This document shows, one piece after another, positions 39,576-48,903 of a stretch of DNA of 64,000 nt. Source of the stretch: Thermodesulfobacteriota bacterium (GTDB lineage: Bacteria; Desulfobacterota; Desulfobacteria; Desulfobacterales; SURF-7); the NCBI GenBank assembly GCA_049320885.1, contig JBMORA010000043.1, positions 9,354 through 73,353 of the forward strand. The letters run 5' to 3'. The stretch's first letter is position 1. Each line of letters starts with the position of its first letter. A program made the translations under genes and the position numbers. Below the pieces are notes generated by a model. The model saw nothing but the letters and a program-made list of their open reading frames with translations, had not been told where the DNA came from and did not search any database.

Positions 39576-40541
39576 ATGCCCGGTGTCAACATGATCTTGC
39601 AGAGGGCCTACAACTATACCAGACTATTGGGCACCCTCAACTGAGCCCTGACGACCCTGAAAGGAGTGCAGGATGCACTCCCGGACAAGGACGATACCCT
39701 GTTGAAGGCCGTAACGGGTCTGGAAGGCGGCTGCGTGGCCTCCGGCTCCACCTGCGGAATCGTCACCGGAGGAGCCCTGGGAATCGCCCAGGCATACGCA
39801 TGCGCCCCGACCGGCGCGGAATACAATCAAATGGCGGCGCTCCATGCCGCGGGTGAATACGCAAACTGGTTCCGCAATCGCTATGGAACCACCCAATGCG
39901 GCGAACGGCATGGGGTGGATTTTCACACGGTTTACGGCCAGCTGCGCTATTTCCTGTCCATACCCAAAATCCTGAAATGCTTTTCCCAGGCCGGCCATGC
40001 CATCAACCACCTCACGTTCCGAACGCACCGGTCCCCTTCCCCTGCAGAATCCCATTGGCCGTCTTCCGGGAATTCCGGCGACCGTCACTGCGCCAGCGAG
40101 GTGCTTCGGAAAGTCCGCGAGAAAACCGGTGTGGGAAATGATCGCCTGGAAAGCCTGGCCCATGTTTACGACGGCGGCACCGGCCTGACGGGTAACCTCT
40201 GCGGCGCCGTCATCGGCGGCGTCCTGGCCCTGAATCTGGTGCACGGACTCAATCCGCGGCAAACCGGATACCTGTCGGTCTTCAACCTGTTCCTTGTCGG
40301 ACACATCAATCTGCTTACAAAACGTCCATTGAACAAGGCCGACACCTTCTTCATGGGCAAGCAGCTGGTGACCACTTTCCGCAGGAATCTGGGTGCGCTG
40401 GAGTGCCGCCGAATAACGGATGCGTCGTTCCCGGATTGGAATTCCTTTCAGAATCACCTGCAGGCTTCCGCCGTCTGCAGCCGGGCCATCGAACTATCCG
40501 CCGGGCTGGCGTCGGAGTTCATCGGCAAGCGTCCATCATGA
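39576..40541 (+). CDS. C-GCAxxG-C-C family selenoprotein (two domains; Sec at TGA 39642-39644)
   Basis: AAAGGA RBS and ATG 39576 read in frame through TGA into the 39666 ORF (LN-U-ALTTL). The TGA sits where the family NCA Cys lies; the second domain has HCASEV. TCGIVTGG and LCGAVIGG motifs; downstream hairpin. Confidence 0.8.
39663..39681 (+). promoter_or_regulatory. Candidate bacterial SECIS element
   Basis: GGAGTGCA-GGA-TGCACTCC, an 8-bp perfect stem with a G-starting loop, 26 nt after the UGA. Confidence 0.7.
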
Positions 40542-40556
40542 AGCGCTCAAGCGGGA

Positions 40557-42419
40557 TCAGTGCAAGGGAACGGTGATGATGAACCGGGTTCCGGCTCCCA
40601 CGGCGCTTTCCGACTCGATCCGGCCCTTCAAGGTCCGGCAGACCAGATTGTGCACCACATGCATCCCCAGGCCGATGCCGCCGCGATTCCGTTTGGTGGT
40701 GAAAAAAGGGTCGAACATCCGTTGCAATGTTTTTTCGTCCATTCCCTTGCCGGTGTCCCGGTAGGTATAGAGCAAATGGTCCTTTTTTCTGTCGATTGTG
40801 ATGGAAATGTTCCCTTTTTCCAGGTTTTCGAATCCATGGATGAGCGAATTGATGATCAGATTGGTGGTGATCTGGGAAAACGCCCCCGGATAACTGTCGA
40901 TCATGAGATCCACCGGGCAATCGATGGTGATGATGTGATCGGTCCTTTTGTATCTGGGACGCAGGGTGTTCACCGTATCCTCGATGTTGGTCCGGATATT
41001 GAAAAGCCGCCTTTCCTCGACGAGTTGATCCACGGCGACATTTTTAAAGCTGTTGAGCAACATCGCCGCACGTTCCAGGTTGGCGACCACCATGTCGGCG
41101 GCTTCCCGGATTTTACCGGAATATTTTGCGATTTCGGGGGACCGCGGTTGCATGGAGTGTAGCAGCTCGTTGAACTCGCGGGTTTTCTCCGACAAAAAAG
41201 AAGCGGACATCAAACCGACACCCAGCGGTGTGCTGATTTCATGGGCCACACCCGCCACCATGTCCCCCAGGGTCGCCAGTTTTTCCGACCGCAGAAGCTG
41301 TTCCACCGTCTGCTTCCGTTCCGTTATATCCCTGGTGGCGCCGATGATACCCGTTGGTTCGCCGGAAGAATCATAGATGAAATTCGCCTCCACTTCGCAC
41401 CAGACAGAGAAGCCGTCCTTATGATACAATTCGATTTCCACCTTTCGGGGCTTGTCGGGTGGTTTCATGCCCCTGCGGTGCGATTCCAGTTCCTCCGCCA
41501 GCGCTGTCACGGTGACGTCCAGGGAAGCCTGCGGCATGATGTCTTTCAGCTGATGATGAATGGCTTCCTCCGCGGTGTATCCCCGGATGCGCAGAACCGA
41601 AGGGCTGACATAGGTGAAATTCATATCCAGATCCATGGTCCAGATATTGTCGGAGACGTTGTCGGCTATAAAGCGATATTTTTTCTCGCTGGTCTTCAGC
41701 AATTCTTCGGTCTGCCGGCGTTCCTCGATCTCGGATTGAATTTTGGCCTTTGAGGTCAAAAGGTTCTCACGCTCTTCCTCCAGCGCGGCGGTGAGGTCCG
41801 TCTGTCGTTGATGGGTGGATACCAGGCCCTTGACCAGCACGGCCACGGAAATGGAGACCATGGCGTTCAGCAGCAGAAAATTGGCGCCGGCGGCCATCAT
41901 GGCTTCATTGGTGCTGAAAAACGGGAAGGAACGTTCCGCCGTTCCCGATCCGATTAACCAGCCGATGAGGGCGAGGGTGAGGGCATTGAGCCCCAATGCC
42001 GCGACGGCCGCCTTGGCTCCCATCAAAACAGCGACCAGGACGGCAAAAGTAAAGAGCCAGGCAGGTCCGCCGCTTAACGGACCCACGGAAACCGTGACCA
42101 CCACTCCCAGCGCGTATACCAGCAGCACCACGATTCCGGCCCGCAGAAAATAAGTCAGCCGCCGTGAAACCAGCAGGAAAATTCCCGACATCCAGACCAA
42201 GGCATCAAAAACCAGCAGCCCCCACATTTTTTCCTTTACCGCCAGTATGGAAACGGGGATGAACACGAAAAGACCGATGAACATTCCAGAGAATACCAGC
42301 AAGAACAGGATCCGGGCGCGCCAATAGGCGAGGTCGGCGTTCCGGATGGCTTGGGGCGACACCATCCGGTTCAGGCAGAACGCTTCCAGGCGCTGAAATC
42401 GATGCATCAGGTTATTCAT
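40557..42419 (-). CDS. Membrane sensor histidine kinase (multi-TM, PAS, HisKA, HATPase)
   Basis: About six TM segments, one PAS/PAC, VAHEISTP, NLIINSLIHGF, FFTTKR..GGIGLG. Confidence 0.92.
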   Translation of the reverse strand: MNNLMHRFQRLEAFCLNRMVSPQAIRNADLAYWRARILFLLVFSGMFIGLFVFIPVSILAVKEKMWGLLVFDALVWMSGIFLLVSRRLTYFLRAGIVVLLVYALGVVVTVSVGPLSGGPAWLFTFAVLVAVLMGAKAAVAALGLNALTLALIGWLIGSGTAERSFPFFSTNEAMMAAGANFLLLNAMVSISVAVLVKGLVSTHQRQTDLTAALEEERENLLTSKAKIQSEIEERRQTEELLKTSEKKYRFIADNVSDNIWTMDLDMNFTYVSPSVLRIRGYTAEEAIHHQLKDIMPQASLDVTVTALAEELESHRRGMKPPDKPRKVEIELYHKDGFSVWCEVEANFIYDSSGEPTGIIGATRDITERKQTVEQLLRSEKLATLGDMVAGVAHEISTPLGVGLMSASFLSEKTREFNELLHSMQPRSPEIAKYSGKIREAADMVVANLERAAMLLNSFKNVAVDQLVEERRLFNIRTNIEDTVNTLRPRYKRTDHIITIDCPVDLMIDSYPGAFSQITTNLIINSLIHGFENLEKGNISITIDRKKDHLLYTYRDTGKGMDEKTLQRMFDPFFTTKRNRGGIGLGMHVVHNLVCRTLKGRIESESAVGAGTRFIITVPLH

Positions 42420-42431
42420 CCGGTTGCCGTC

Positions 42432-43484
42432 TCACTCATCATAAATCTTGAGATCGGGATAGAACTGTCGGGCGCAATCCGGGCATATGCTGTGACTGAA
42501 CTCCGCTTCCGAATGTTTCTGGATATAGGATTCCACCTGGCTCCAGTATCCCTTGTCATCCCGGATTTTTTTGCAGTGGGAGCAAATCGGAAGCATGCCG
42601 GACAGTTTTTTCACTTCGCCGAGGGCGCGCTGTAACTCACCGATGAGGTTTTCGCGTTCCTGTTCCATCTTCTTCCGCCCGTTCATTTCCGTTGTCAGTT
42701 GCTCGTTGGCCTCCTTGAGGGAAGACGTTCTCTGCTCCACAATCGTCTCCAAATCCTGGCGATGCCGGAGCAGTTGTTCCTCCACCTCTTTTTGACGCGC
42801 AAACGCCTGGAAGAGGTTTTCCCGCATTCGGTTGACGGCATTGACAAGGCCATCCAGTTCGTCCGGATACCGGTTATTCTTATCTTCCGGGAACGGTGTG
42901 GCCAGGGAATCAAACGACAACGCGGCGGCGAAAGTCGTCACCTTCAGTAACCGCCGGATCACAATCCGGTACATCAACAATAAAATCAGCACACAGACCA
43001 TCAAGATGGTCGCGGCCTGGGTCGAACCCACCGCCAGAACGGCGGCAATTATTTTCCGGCGCACATAATCCTGACTGCCGGCCACATGCAGTTCACCCAG
43101 CCGGAACGGTTTGCCATTATACGTATGGACGATGGCAAAACGTCGTTCCATCTTTCCATCAGAGGTTTTATTACCCGCCTTGCAGATCACGTCATCCTTT
43201 GAATGGATATCCGCGTAGTCGATGCCGGGAAGGCGGCAGATACCGAGCAGGACAACCTCGATGGTTTCCTTATCACCCACCCACAGGGCCGTCCGGATGA
43301 TATCCAGATAGTTCCGCCGAATCTCATCGAATCGCAATTCCAATTTTTGTTTTTCATTATAGTAGGTTATAATCCCGATGATGGAGGTGAGCATAACGAT
43401 CAAGACCAGTGCGGCCATCATTACCTTCCAGATCAGGCGTTTTGCAATGGCACTGGTGTGCACCTTCATCCTCTGCTCCGTCAT
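42432..43484 (-). CDS. Membrane HAMP-domain sensor with a C-terminal CxxC...CxxC tail
   Basis: TM, periplasmic domain, TM, HAMP (DELDGL..AVNRM), coiled coil, then LPICSHCKKIRDD...SHSICPDC. Confidence 0.75.
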   Translation of the reverse strand: MTEQRMKVHTSAIAKRLIWKVMMAALVLIVMLTSIIGIITYYNEKQKLELRFDEIRRNYLDIIRTALWVGDKETIEVVLLGICRLPGIDYADIHSKDDVICKAGNKTSDGKMERRFAIVHTYNGKPFRLGELHVAGSQDYVRRKIIAAVLAVGSTQAATILMVCVLILLLMYRIVIRRLLKVTTFAAALSFDSLATPFPEDKNNRYPDELDGLVNAVNRMRENLFQAFARQKEVEEQLLRHRQDLETIVEQRTSSLKEANEQLTTEMNGRKKMEQERENLIGELQRALGEVKKLSGMLPICSHCKKIRDDKGYWSQVESYIQKHSEAEFSHSICPDCARQFYPDLKIYDE

Positions 43485-44227
43485 TTGTTTACTGTCGATG
43501 GATTCCGCAGATACGGTGAGATCATTTCCTGGTACAGCCGATCATAGACGCCGTCCTGTTTTATTTGTTGTAACGTCCGGGCCATTACAGGAGCCAGATC
43601 CGCGTGACGTTTATGCAGGTAGAGAAAATTGGGTTCCACCGCCAAGGGCGGTTCGACAAACCCCATCCCCTTCAGGTCGAGCTTTTGAATCATGCCATAA
43701 CCCGCCAGTTGTGTAATCAAAACAAGATCCACCCGGTCGGCATCCAGCAGCCGGAACAGCTGTTCGGCGTTGTTCACCTTGGTAATGGATTTTGCCGCAC
43801 TTACCTGGTTGTCGAAAATCTTCCATCCCCGGATATAGGCGACATTCCAATTCGCAAGGCCTTTCCAGCCATCGATGATCATCTGTTGATTCCGGGTGAA
43901 GGCGCCGAAACGGAAAACCCCGAAAGGTTCCGGAACACAAACGATATTCGGATAGGTCGACGCCAGTCCGGCAATGCGGGGCCCGTCGCCGTCTTCGATT
44001 CCCTGATTGACATGCATCAAGGATCGCTCAACCGGCGGCGTGTTGCGGCTTACAGAGATCCGGTTCCGCGAACAAACCTCCTCCACCAGCCGGAAGAAAA
44101 ACGCTTCATACGGGGAATGAAGGGTGCAATTGATCGTCAAGTGGTTGCGTTCGGTGCCATATCCATATGAAGCGGAAAACAGGCAGATCAAGACCGCCAA
44201 AAGAGGAAACCCTGCTGGTTGTTTCAT
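43481..44227 (-). CDS. Periplasmic substrate-binding protein (family 3-like)
   Basis: Signal peptide, DGDGPRI, LDADRVD, YLHKRH, IKQDGVY. Its stop overlaps the start of the HAMP gene. Confidence 0.8.
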   Translation of the reverse strand: MKQPAGFPLLAVLICLFSASYGYGTERNHLTINCTLHSPYEAFFFRLVEEVCSRNRISVSRNTPPVERSLMHVNQGIEDGDGPRIAGLASTYPNIVCVPEPFGVFRFGAFTRNQQMIIDGWKGLANWNVAYIRGWKIFDNQVSAAKSITKVNNAEQLFRLLDADRVDLVLITQLAGYGMIQKLDLKGMGFVEPPLAVEPNFLYLHKRHADLAPVMARTLQQIKQDGVYDRLYQEMISPYLRNPSTVNK

Positions 44228-44279
44228 GCGCCCCCCTATATATGTTGTAAATCTATCGTAATTTTAGTGAGAACGCCAA

Positions 44280-44316
44280 TAAAAAAACGTTTTTCCCGGA
44301 TGCCGGGAAAAACGTT
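44280..44316 (-). terminator. Intrinsic terminator after the glutamine amidotransferase gene
   Basis: 14-bp stem AACGTTTTTCCCGG-ATG-CCGGGAAAAACGTT followed on the minus strand by a T run. Confidence 0.75.
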
Positions 44317-44362
44317 GGAAGTCGCCGCAACAGACCCGAGCGGAGGGGAGACGGATATGTCC

Positions 44363-45055
44363 CTACCGGCGATTGAAAAAAGATAGAATGTTTTCCATGC
44401 AGGCGTTGGTTTGTCCGATGAGGTGGTAACCGCCGCGGATGGTTTCGGCATCCTGGATATACGGCGCCGGGGCGATCTCTTCGTTGCAGTTTTCCAGCAG
44501 TTGCTCGATGCTCTCTGGTGTGGATTCCAGATGGAATTGAAGCCCCAGGACCTGCTCCTGATAGAGAAAGCCCTGGTGGTCGCAGGCCCGGCTGCGGGCC
44601 AGGTGAATCGCCCCCCGGGGAATCTCGAAGGTATCCCCGTGCCAGTGAAAGGCCTGAAAGGTTGCCGGCAGGATATCGCCCATTGCCGATTGCCGGCCGG
44701 TTTCCGTCAACGTCACCGGGTACCAGCCGATTTCCTTGGTTTTGTTCCGGGAAACACGCGCCCCCATAACCTCGGCGATCAGTTGGGCCCCAAGGCAGAT
44801 GCCCACCACCTTCTTGCCCTCGGCGATAACCCGCTCGATAAACCGTTTTTCGGGTTTCAGCCAGGAGTAAACCTCTTCATCGGCGACCCCCATGGGACCG
44901 CCCATGACCACCAGACAATCAAACGCGGATAAATCCGGCAATGGTTCGTTCCGGTACAGGGCGGTTCCGGCAAGCGGGCAATCGTTCGCGGCGGCCCAAT
45001 GGGCGATACGGGCGACTCCTTCGAAAGGCACATGCTGCAGATAATGAATTTTCAT
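44363..45055 (-). CDS. Type 1 glutamine amidotransferase
   Basis: QHVPFE, MGGPM, GICLGAQL, WHGD, LQFHLE. Confidence 0.92.
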   Translation of the reverse strand: MKIHYLQHVPFEGVARIAHWAAANDCPLAGTALYRNEPLPDLSAFDCLVVMGGPMGVADEEVYSWLKPEKRFIERVIAEGKKVVGICLGAQLIAEVMGARVSRNKTKEIGWYPVTLTETGRQSAMGDILPATFQAFHWHGDTFEIPRGAIHLARSRACDHQGFLYQEQVLGLQFHLESTPESIEQLLENCNEEIAPAPYIQDAETIRGGYHLIGQTNACMENILSFFNRR

Positions 45056-45174
45056 GCGGGATCCTTATCACAATTCTTTTTTACTGATCAACGGCAGGTT
45101 GTTGACCAGGGAATGGCGTTTTTTCAATTCCCCGGTATTCGACGTCATCCTTTGCGCTGGGGAAAAAACATCCC

Positions 45175-46461
45175 TCAGACTTTCTCAAAAGCCTGCGCCA
45201 AATCTTCCAGAATATCGTCGATATGTTCCATGCCGATGGAAAGACGGACCAGATCCGGCGTCAGGCCGCCCTTCGCCTGTTCCTCAGCGGATAACTGGGA
45301 ATGGGAAGTGCTGGCCGGATGAAGGGCCAGGCTCTTGGCGTCCCCCACATTGGCCAGATGGGAGAAAAGCCGCAAACCGTCGATGAATTTTCTTCCCGCC
45401 TCTTTCCCGCCCCGGATACCGAAAACCACCATGGCGCCGCAGCCTCTGGGAAGATACTTGCGGGCCGCGGCATGGGAGGGATCACCGGCAAGGCCTGGAT
45501 ACCGCACCCAGGAAACCTTCGGATGGTGCAACAGATATTCGGCCGTCCTGGCAGCATTTTCGCAATGCAGGGGCATGCGGACATGCAGGGTTTCCAGGCC
45601 CTGGAGAAACAGCCAGGCATTGTCCGGCGCAATGCAGGCCCCCAGGTTGCGCAGGGGCACCAGCCGCATGCGCAGGATGAAGGCCAGGGGATTCATCTCC
45701 CCCAGGTCATGGGCGAACCGCATCCCGCCGTAACTGGAATCCGGCTCGTTGAACAGGCGGAATTTCGGATCGGTCCAGTCGAAGCGGCCCGCGTCGATCA
45801 CCGCGCCGCCGATGCCCGTGCCGTGACCGCCGATCCATTTGGTCAGGGAGTTCACCACGATGTCGGCGCCGTATTCGATGCTGCGGAGCAGATACGGCGT
45901 GGTGAAGGTGCCGTCCACGACCAGCGGCAGATGATGTTTCCGGGCCACGGCGGACACGCTTTCCAGGTCGACGACCTCCAGGGCGGGGTTGCCGATGGTC
46001 TCCACGAAGATCAGGCGGGTTTGATCCGTGACGGCGGCGGCGAAATTTTCGGCCTTGCGCGGATCCACGAATTTCGTGGTGATGCCGAACTGGGGCAGGA
46101 TGTTGTGAAACATGGTATACGTGCCGCCGTAGAGATTGTTGGCGGAAACGATTTCGTCGCCGGCCGAACAGATGGAGATGACCGCATAGTGGATCGCCGC
46201 CGTTCCCGAGGCCAGGGCCAGGGCCGCCGCGCCGCCCTCCAGGGCCGCCAGCCGCCGTTCGAGCATATCCTGGGTGGGATTCATCAGGCGGGTGTAGATG
46301 TTGCCCATCTGCTTCAGGGAAAACAGGTCCGCGGCATGCCCGGTGTCCCGGAACACATAGGAACTCGTGCGATAGACGGGCGCGGCCCGCGACAGAGTCG
46401 TCGGGTCGGGGGCTTGTCCGGCGTGCAGGCAAAGGGTTTCAAAGCGATAGGATGCGTTCAT
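45175..46461 (-). CDS. metY: O-acetylhomoserine aminocarboxypropyltransferase / sulfhydrylase
   Basis: IYTRLMNPT, LYGGT, SLTKWIGGHG (PLP Lys), LANVGDAKSL, HPASTSH. Confidence 0.93.
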   Translation of the reverse strand: MNASYRFETLCLHAGQAPDPTTLSRAAPVYRTSSYVFRDTGHAADLFSLKQMGNIYTRLMNPTQDMLERRLAALEGGAAALALASGTAAIHYAVISICSAGDEIVSANNLYGGTYTMFHNILPQFGITTKFVDPRKAENFAAAVTDQTRLIFVETIGNPALEVVDLESVSAVARKHHLPLVVDGTFTTPYLLRSIEYGADIVVNSLTKWIGGHGTGIGGAVIDAGRFDWTDPKFRLFNEPDSSYGGMRFAHDLGEMNPLAFILRMRLVPLRNLGACIAPDNAWLFLQGLETLHVRMPLHCENAARTAEYLLHHPKVSWVRYPGLAGDPSHAAARKYLPRGCGAMVVFGIRGGKEAGRKFIDGLRLFSHLANVGDAKSLALHPASTSHSQLSAEEQAKGGLTPDLVRLSIGMEHIDDILEDLAQAFEKV

Positions 46462-46474
46462 GATCTGTCTCCTT

Positions 46475-47011
46475 TCAGCGCCAGCATTCGGGATATTTCC
46501 GGTTCTTGGGGATATTGTTGACGATCAGGGCCACTCCAAGCATCAGCAGGGCGCCCAGACCGGTGGGAACGAGGACGTACCAATATCCCAGGGCATGGAT
46601 GTCCGGCCCGCCGATGACGGCGATCAGGGCCGTGGCGCCGCCGGGCGGATGCAGGGTGCCGGTCAGGTGCATCACGGCGATGGCCGTGGATACCGAAAGG
46701 GCTGCGGCCAGCCACAGATACTGGTTCAGGTACTGATAAGCAGTGACGCCGATCAGGGCGGACAGAATATGCCCGCCCAGGAGATTCCGCGGCTGGGCCA
46801 GGGGGCTGCGGATGGCGCCGTAAATCAGGACCGCCGAGGCGCCGAAGGAGCCGATCACCATGACCAGATCCATGGGCCCCAAAAAATGATAATGCAGCCA
46901 GGCGACGCTGGAAATGCCGCAGAAGGAGCCGATCCAGGACCAGAGGATCTCGGAGTTGCTCACCCGGGGCGGACTCTGGGCTCCGCCTTTCATTTTTGCG
47001 AAAAAATACAT
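46475..47011 (-). CDS. HPP family membrane protein
   Basis: SFGASAVL, SPLAQPRN, LHPPGGA. AGGAG RBS before ATG 47011. Confidence 0.9.
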   Translation of the reverse strand: MYFFAKMKGGAQSPPRVSNSEILWSWIGSFCGISSVAWLHYHFLGPMDLVMVIGSFGASAVLIYGAIRSPLAQPRNLLGGHILSALIGVTAYQYLNQYLWLAAALSVSTAIAVMHLTGTLHPPGGATALIAVIGGPDIHALGYWYVLVPTGLGALLMLGVALIVNNIPKNRKYPECWR

Positions 47012-47058
47012 GCCGCTCCTTCGCTTCTTCTTCGGTTGTTGAAAACGATTCCGTGTTC

Positions 47059-47664
47059 CTATGAAATCCGGCAATAGGCGTTGACGATATCCCGGCGGGT
47101 CACGATCCCGGACAGTCTGCCGTCCGGCCCCAGGATGGGCAGCCGGTTGATGTTCCTCGTCGTTAACATCGAGGCGATTTCCGCGACGGTGGTGGTTTCG
47201 TTCGCGGTCACCGCCGGAGCGGACATGATTTCCTTCACGGTCTGCTTCCGGATGGGCAGGGCCAGACAGCCCTTGTTGTTCAGACACTGGGCGATGACCG
47301 CCAGGAACGAGCGGCTTTGCCCCGCACCCATCTGCAGCAGGAAATCCTTTTCCGAAATGACGCCGACAACGATTCCGGCCGCATCCGTCACCGGCGCTCC
47401 CGAAATTCCCTTGACGGCCAGCAGCTCGGCGGCATGGGCCAGACTCATTTCCGGGGTCGCCGTCGTCACCGGTATGACCATCACCTCCCGGGCGATGACG
47501 GACTCCCGGAGCCGGATGATGGCGCGTTCATAGGCCAGCCGGTACACTTCCCGGAAATCGGCTGGGGTGATGTCGATATATCCCGGAATGGCCTTCATGG
47601 CGGTCACCACGTCCTCATCCGTCAGCGGGACCGGACACTCATCCAGAGGTTGATTTTTGCTCAC
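47059..47664 (-). CDS. CBS-domain pair protein
   Basis: YIDITPADF N-terminal motif, ISGAPV..VGVISEKD, INRLPI..GIVTRRD. GTG start with GAGG RBS. Confidence 0.88.
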   Translation of the reverse strand: MSKNQPLDECPVPLTDEDVVTAMKAIPGYIDITPADFREVYRLAYERAIIRLRESVIAREVMVIPVTTATPEMSLAHAAELLAVKGISGAPVTDAAGIVVGVISEKDFLLQMGAGQSRSFLAVIAQCLNNKGCLALPIRKQTVKEIMSAPAVTANETTTVAEIASMLTTRNINRLPILGPDGRLSGIVTRRDIVNAYCRIS

Positions 47665-47802
47665 TGCCGCCTCGCTGTAAAAGATGGTCGGTATGCCTGC
47701 GTTTCCGGAAGGCAAGGAAACACCCGTCCGTCGATCCGGACGGTTTTCGAAACCGGCGTTATGCCTGGAAAGGATTGTTACGAATTCCTGTACGAAAAAT
47801 CC

Positions 47803-47816
47803 TTGACCTATGTCAA
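47803..47816. promoter_or_regulatory. FNR/HcpR-type palindrome
   Basis: TTGAC-CTAT-GTCAA upstream of the CBS-HPP-metY genes. Confidence 0.7.
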
Positions 47817-47865
47817 GAAAATGAAATTTTGACGGACAAAGGCAATGTGGAAGGAGCTTTGGCGG

Positions 47866-48309
47866 TTATTCGGCCGGAGGGCCTCCGGATTCGGGATGCA
47901 TCTGGTTGAGGAGGGCCAGCATCTGGGGCCCGGACAGATACCCCGGTATCGCCCCCGAACGGCTGCCGTCCGATTTGATAATGATGGTGGTGGGCAGGCC
48001 GCGGACCAGGTATTGCCTGGCCAACTCCTTTTCCCGGTCGGTGTTCACTTTAATGGCGATGAAATTTCTGCTCAGGTATCCAACCACCGCCTGATCCCGG
48101 AATGTCTCATTGCCCATTTTCACGCAGAATCGGCACCAGTCGGCATAAAAATGCAGCAAAACCGGTCGGCCCTCCGTTTCCGCGGTTTTCATTCCGGAAG
48201 AAAACGATTGCCAGCGGATATCATCGGCGGCGGGGCATACACCCGGCAGAATCAACCCTATAGACAGGAGAAGCAGCCAAAACGGGCGGATTCGAAGATT
48301 CTTTTTCAT
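47866..48309 (-). CDS. Exported thioredoxin-family protein
   Basis: Signal peptide, FYADWCRFC, VRGLPT. Confidence 0.88.
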   Translation of the reverse strand: MKKNLRIRPFWLLLLSIGLILPGVCPAADDIRWQSFSSGMKTAETEGRPVLLHFYADWCRFCVKMGNETFRDQAVVGYLSRNFIAIKVNTDREKELARQYLVRGLPTTIIIKSDGSRSGAIPGYLSGPQMLALLNQMHPESGGPPAE

Positions 48310-48360
48310 TATGAATATTCCTCGGCTGTTGTTTTCATGCCGTAAACAGATGGCATTTGG

Positions 48361-48750
48361 TCATGAAAGCTCCGGCAGTTGCCAGATAGCGGTTGCCTGG
48401 TTGGCCAACCATTGTTGGCGGGAGGCTATACGTTCCGGTGTCCATTCGAAATGATCGCCGGCCAGATTCCGAAGAACGGCCAGAACAATCAGGCTTAAAG
48501 TCGTCATGCGTTGCTGCCCATCGATGATATCGAAATTGCGTTCATCACCCGACTGCAGAACGAGATACCCCATATAGTGCCCCTGCTCTCCGCCGGGTTC
48601 CAGCATGGCGACGATGTCTTGCCAGAGATCGTCCCATTCCTGTTCGGTCCAGGAATAATCCCTCTGGAACATCGGTACACGGTAGACCAGGCCATTCCCC
48701 ATCAGTTTTCGAAAAGTCTGGTTCGAGGTATTGAAATTCGTTACCGCCAT
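48361..48750 (-). pseudogene. Internally deleted DUF262/DUF1524 (GmrSD-like) gene
   Basis: DUF262 motifs (VPMFQRDYSW, IIDGQQRMTT) run directly into a DUF1524-like end (EWTPERIASRQ); only 129 aa. Confidence 0.75.
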
Positions 48751-48779
48751 ATTCTCCTCTGATGCCGCTTTGGCCAGAA

Positions 48780-48793
48780 TTGACTTAGATCAT
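48780..48793. promoter_or_regulatory. Degenerate FNR/HcpR-type site
   Basis: TTGAC-TTAG-ATCAT upstream of the polyferredoxin-kinase operon. Confidence 0.45.
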
Positions 48794-48903
48794 TTTTTCC
48801 AAGTCCGACTTACTATAGCATTAAATTTATCAATAGTCGATGCTTACGAAAACTCCTTTGGATTTGGTTCGTTTCCAGGGAGACAACGGATCGGTGTGCG
48901 AAG

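Noticed and set aside
39666..40541. ORF-track GTG start at 39666
   Set aside because: This start would drop the family's first Cys/Sec motif; the upstream RBS, ATG and UGA read-through fit better.
46475..47287. 270-aa HPP ORF overlapping the CBS gene (possible frameshifted fusion)
   Set aside because: HPP has its own AGGAG RBS and ATG at 47011, and the extension is out-of-frame CBS sequence.
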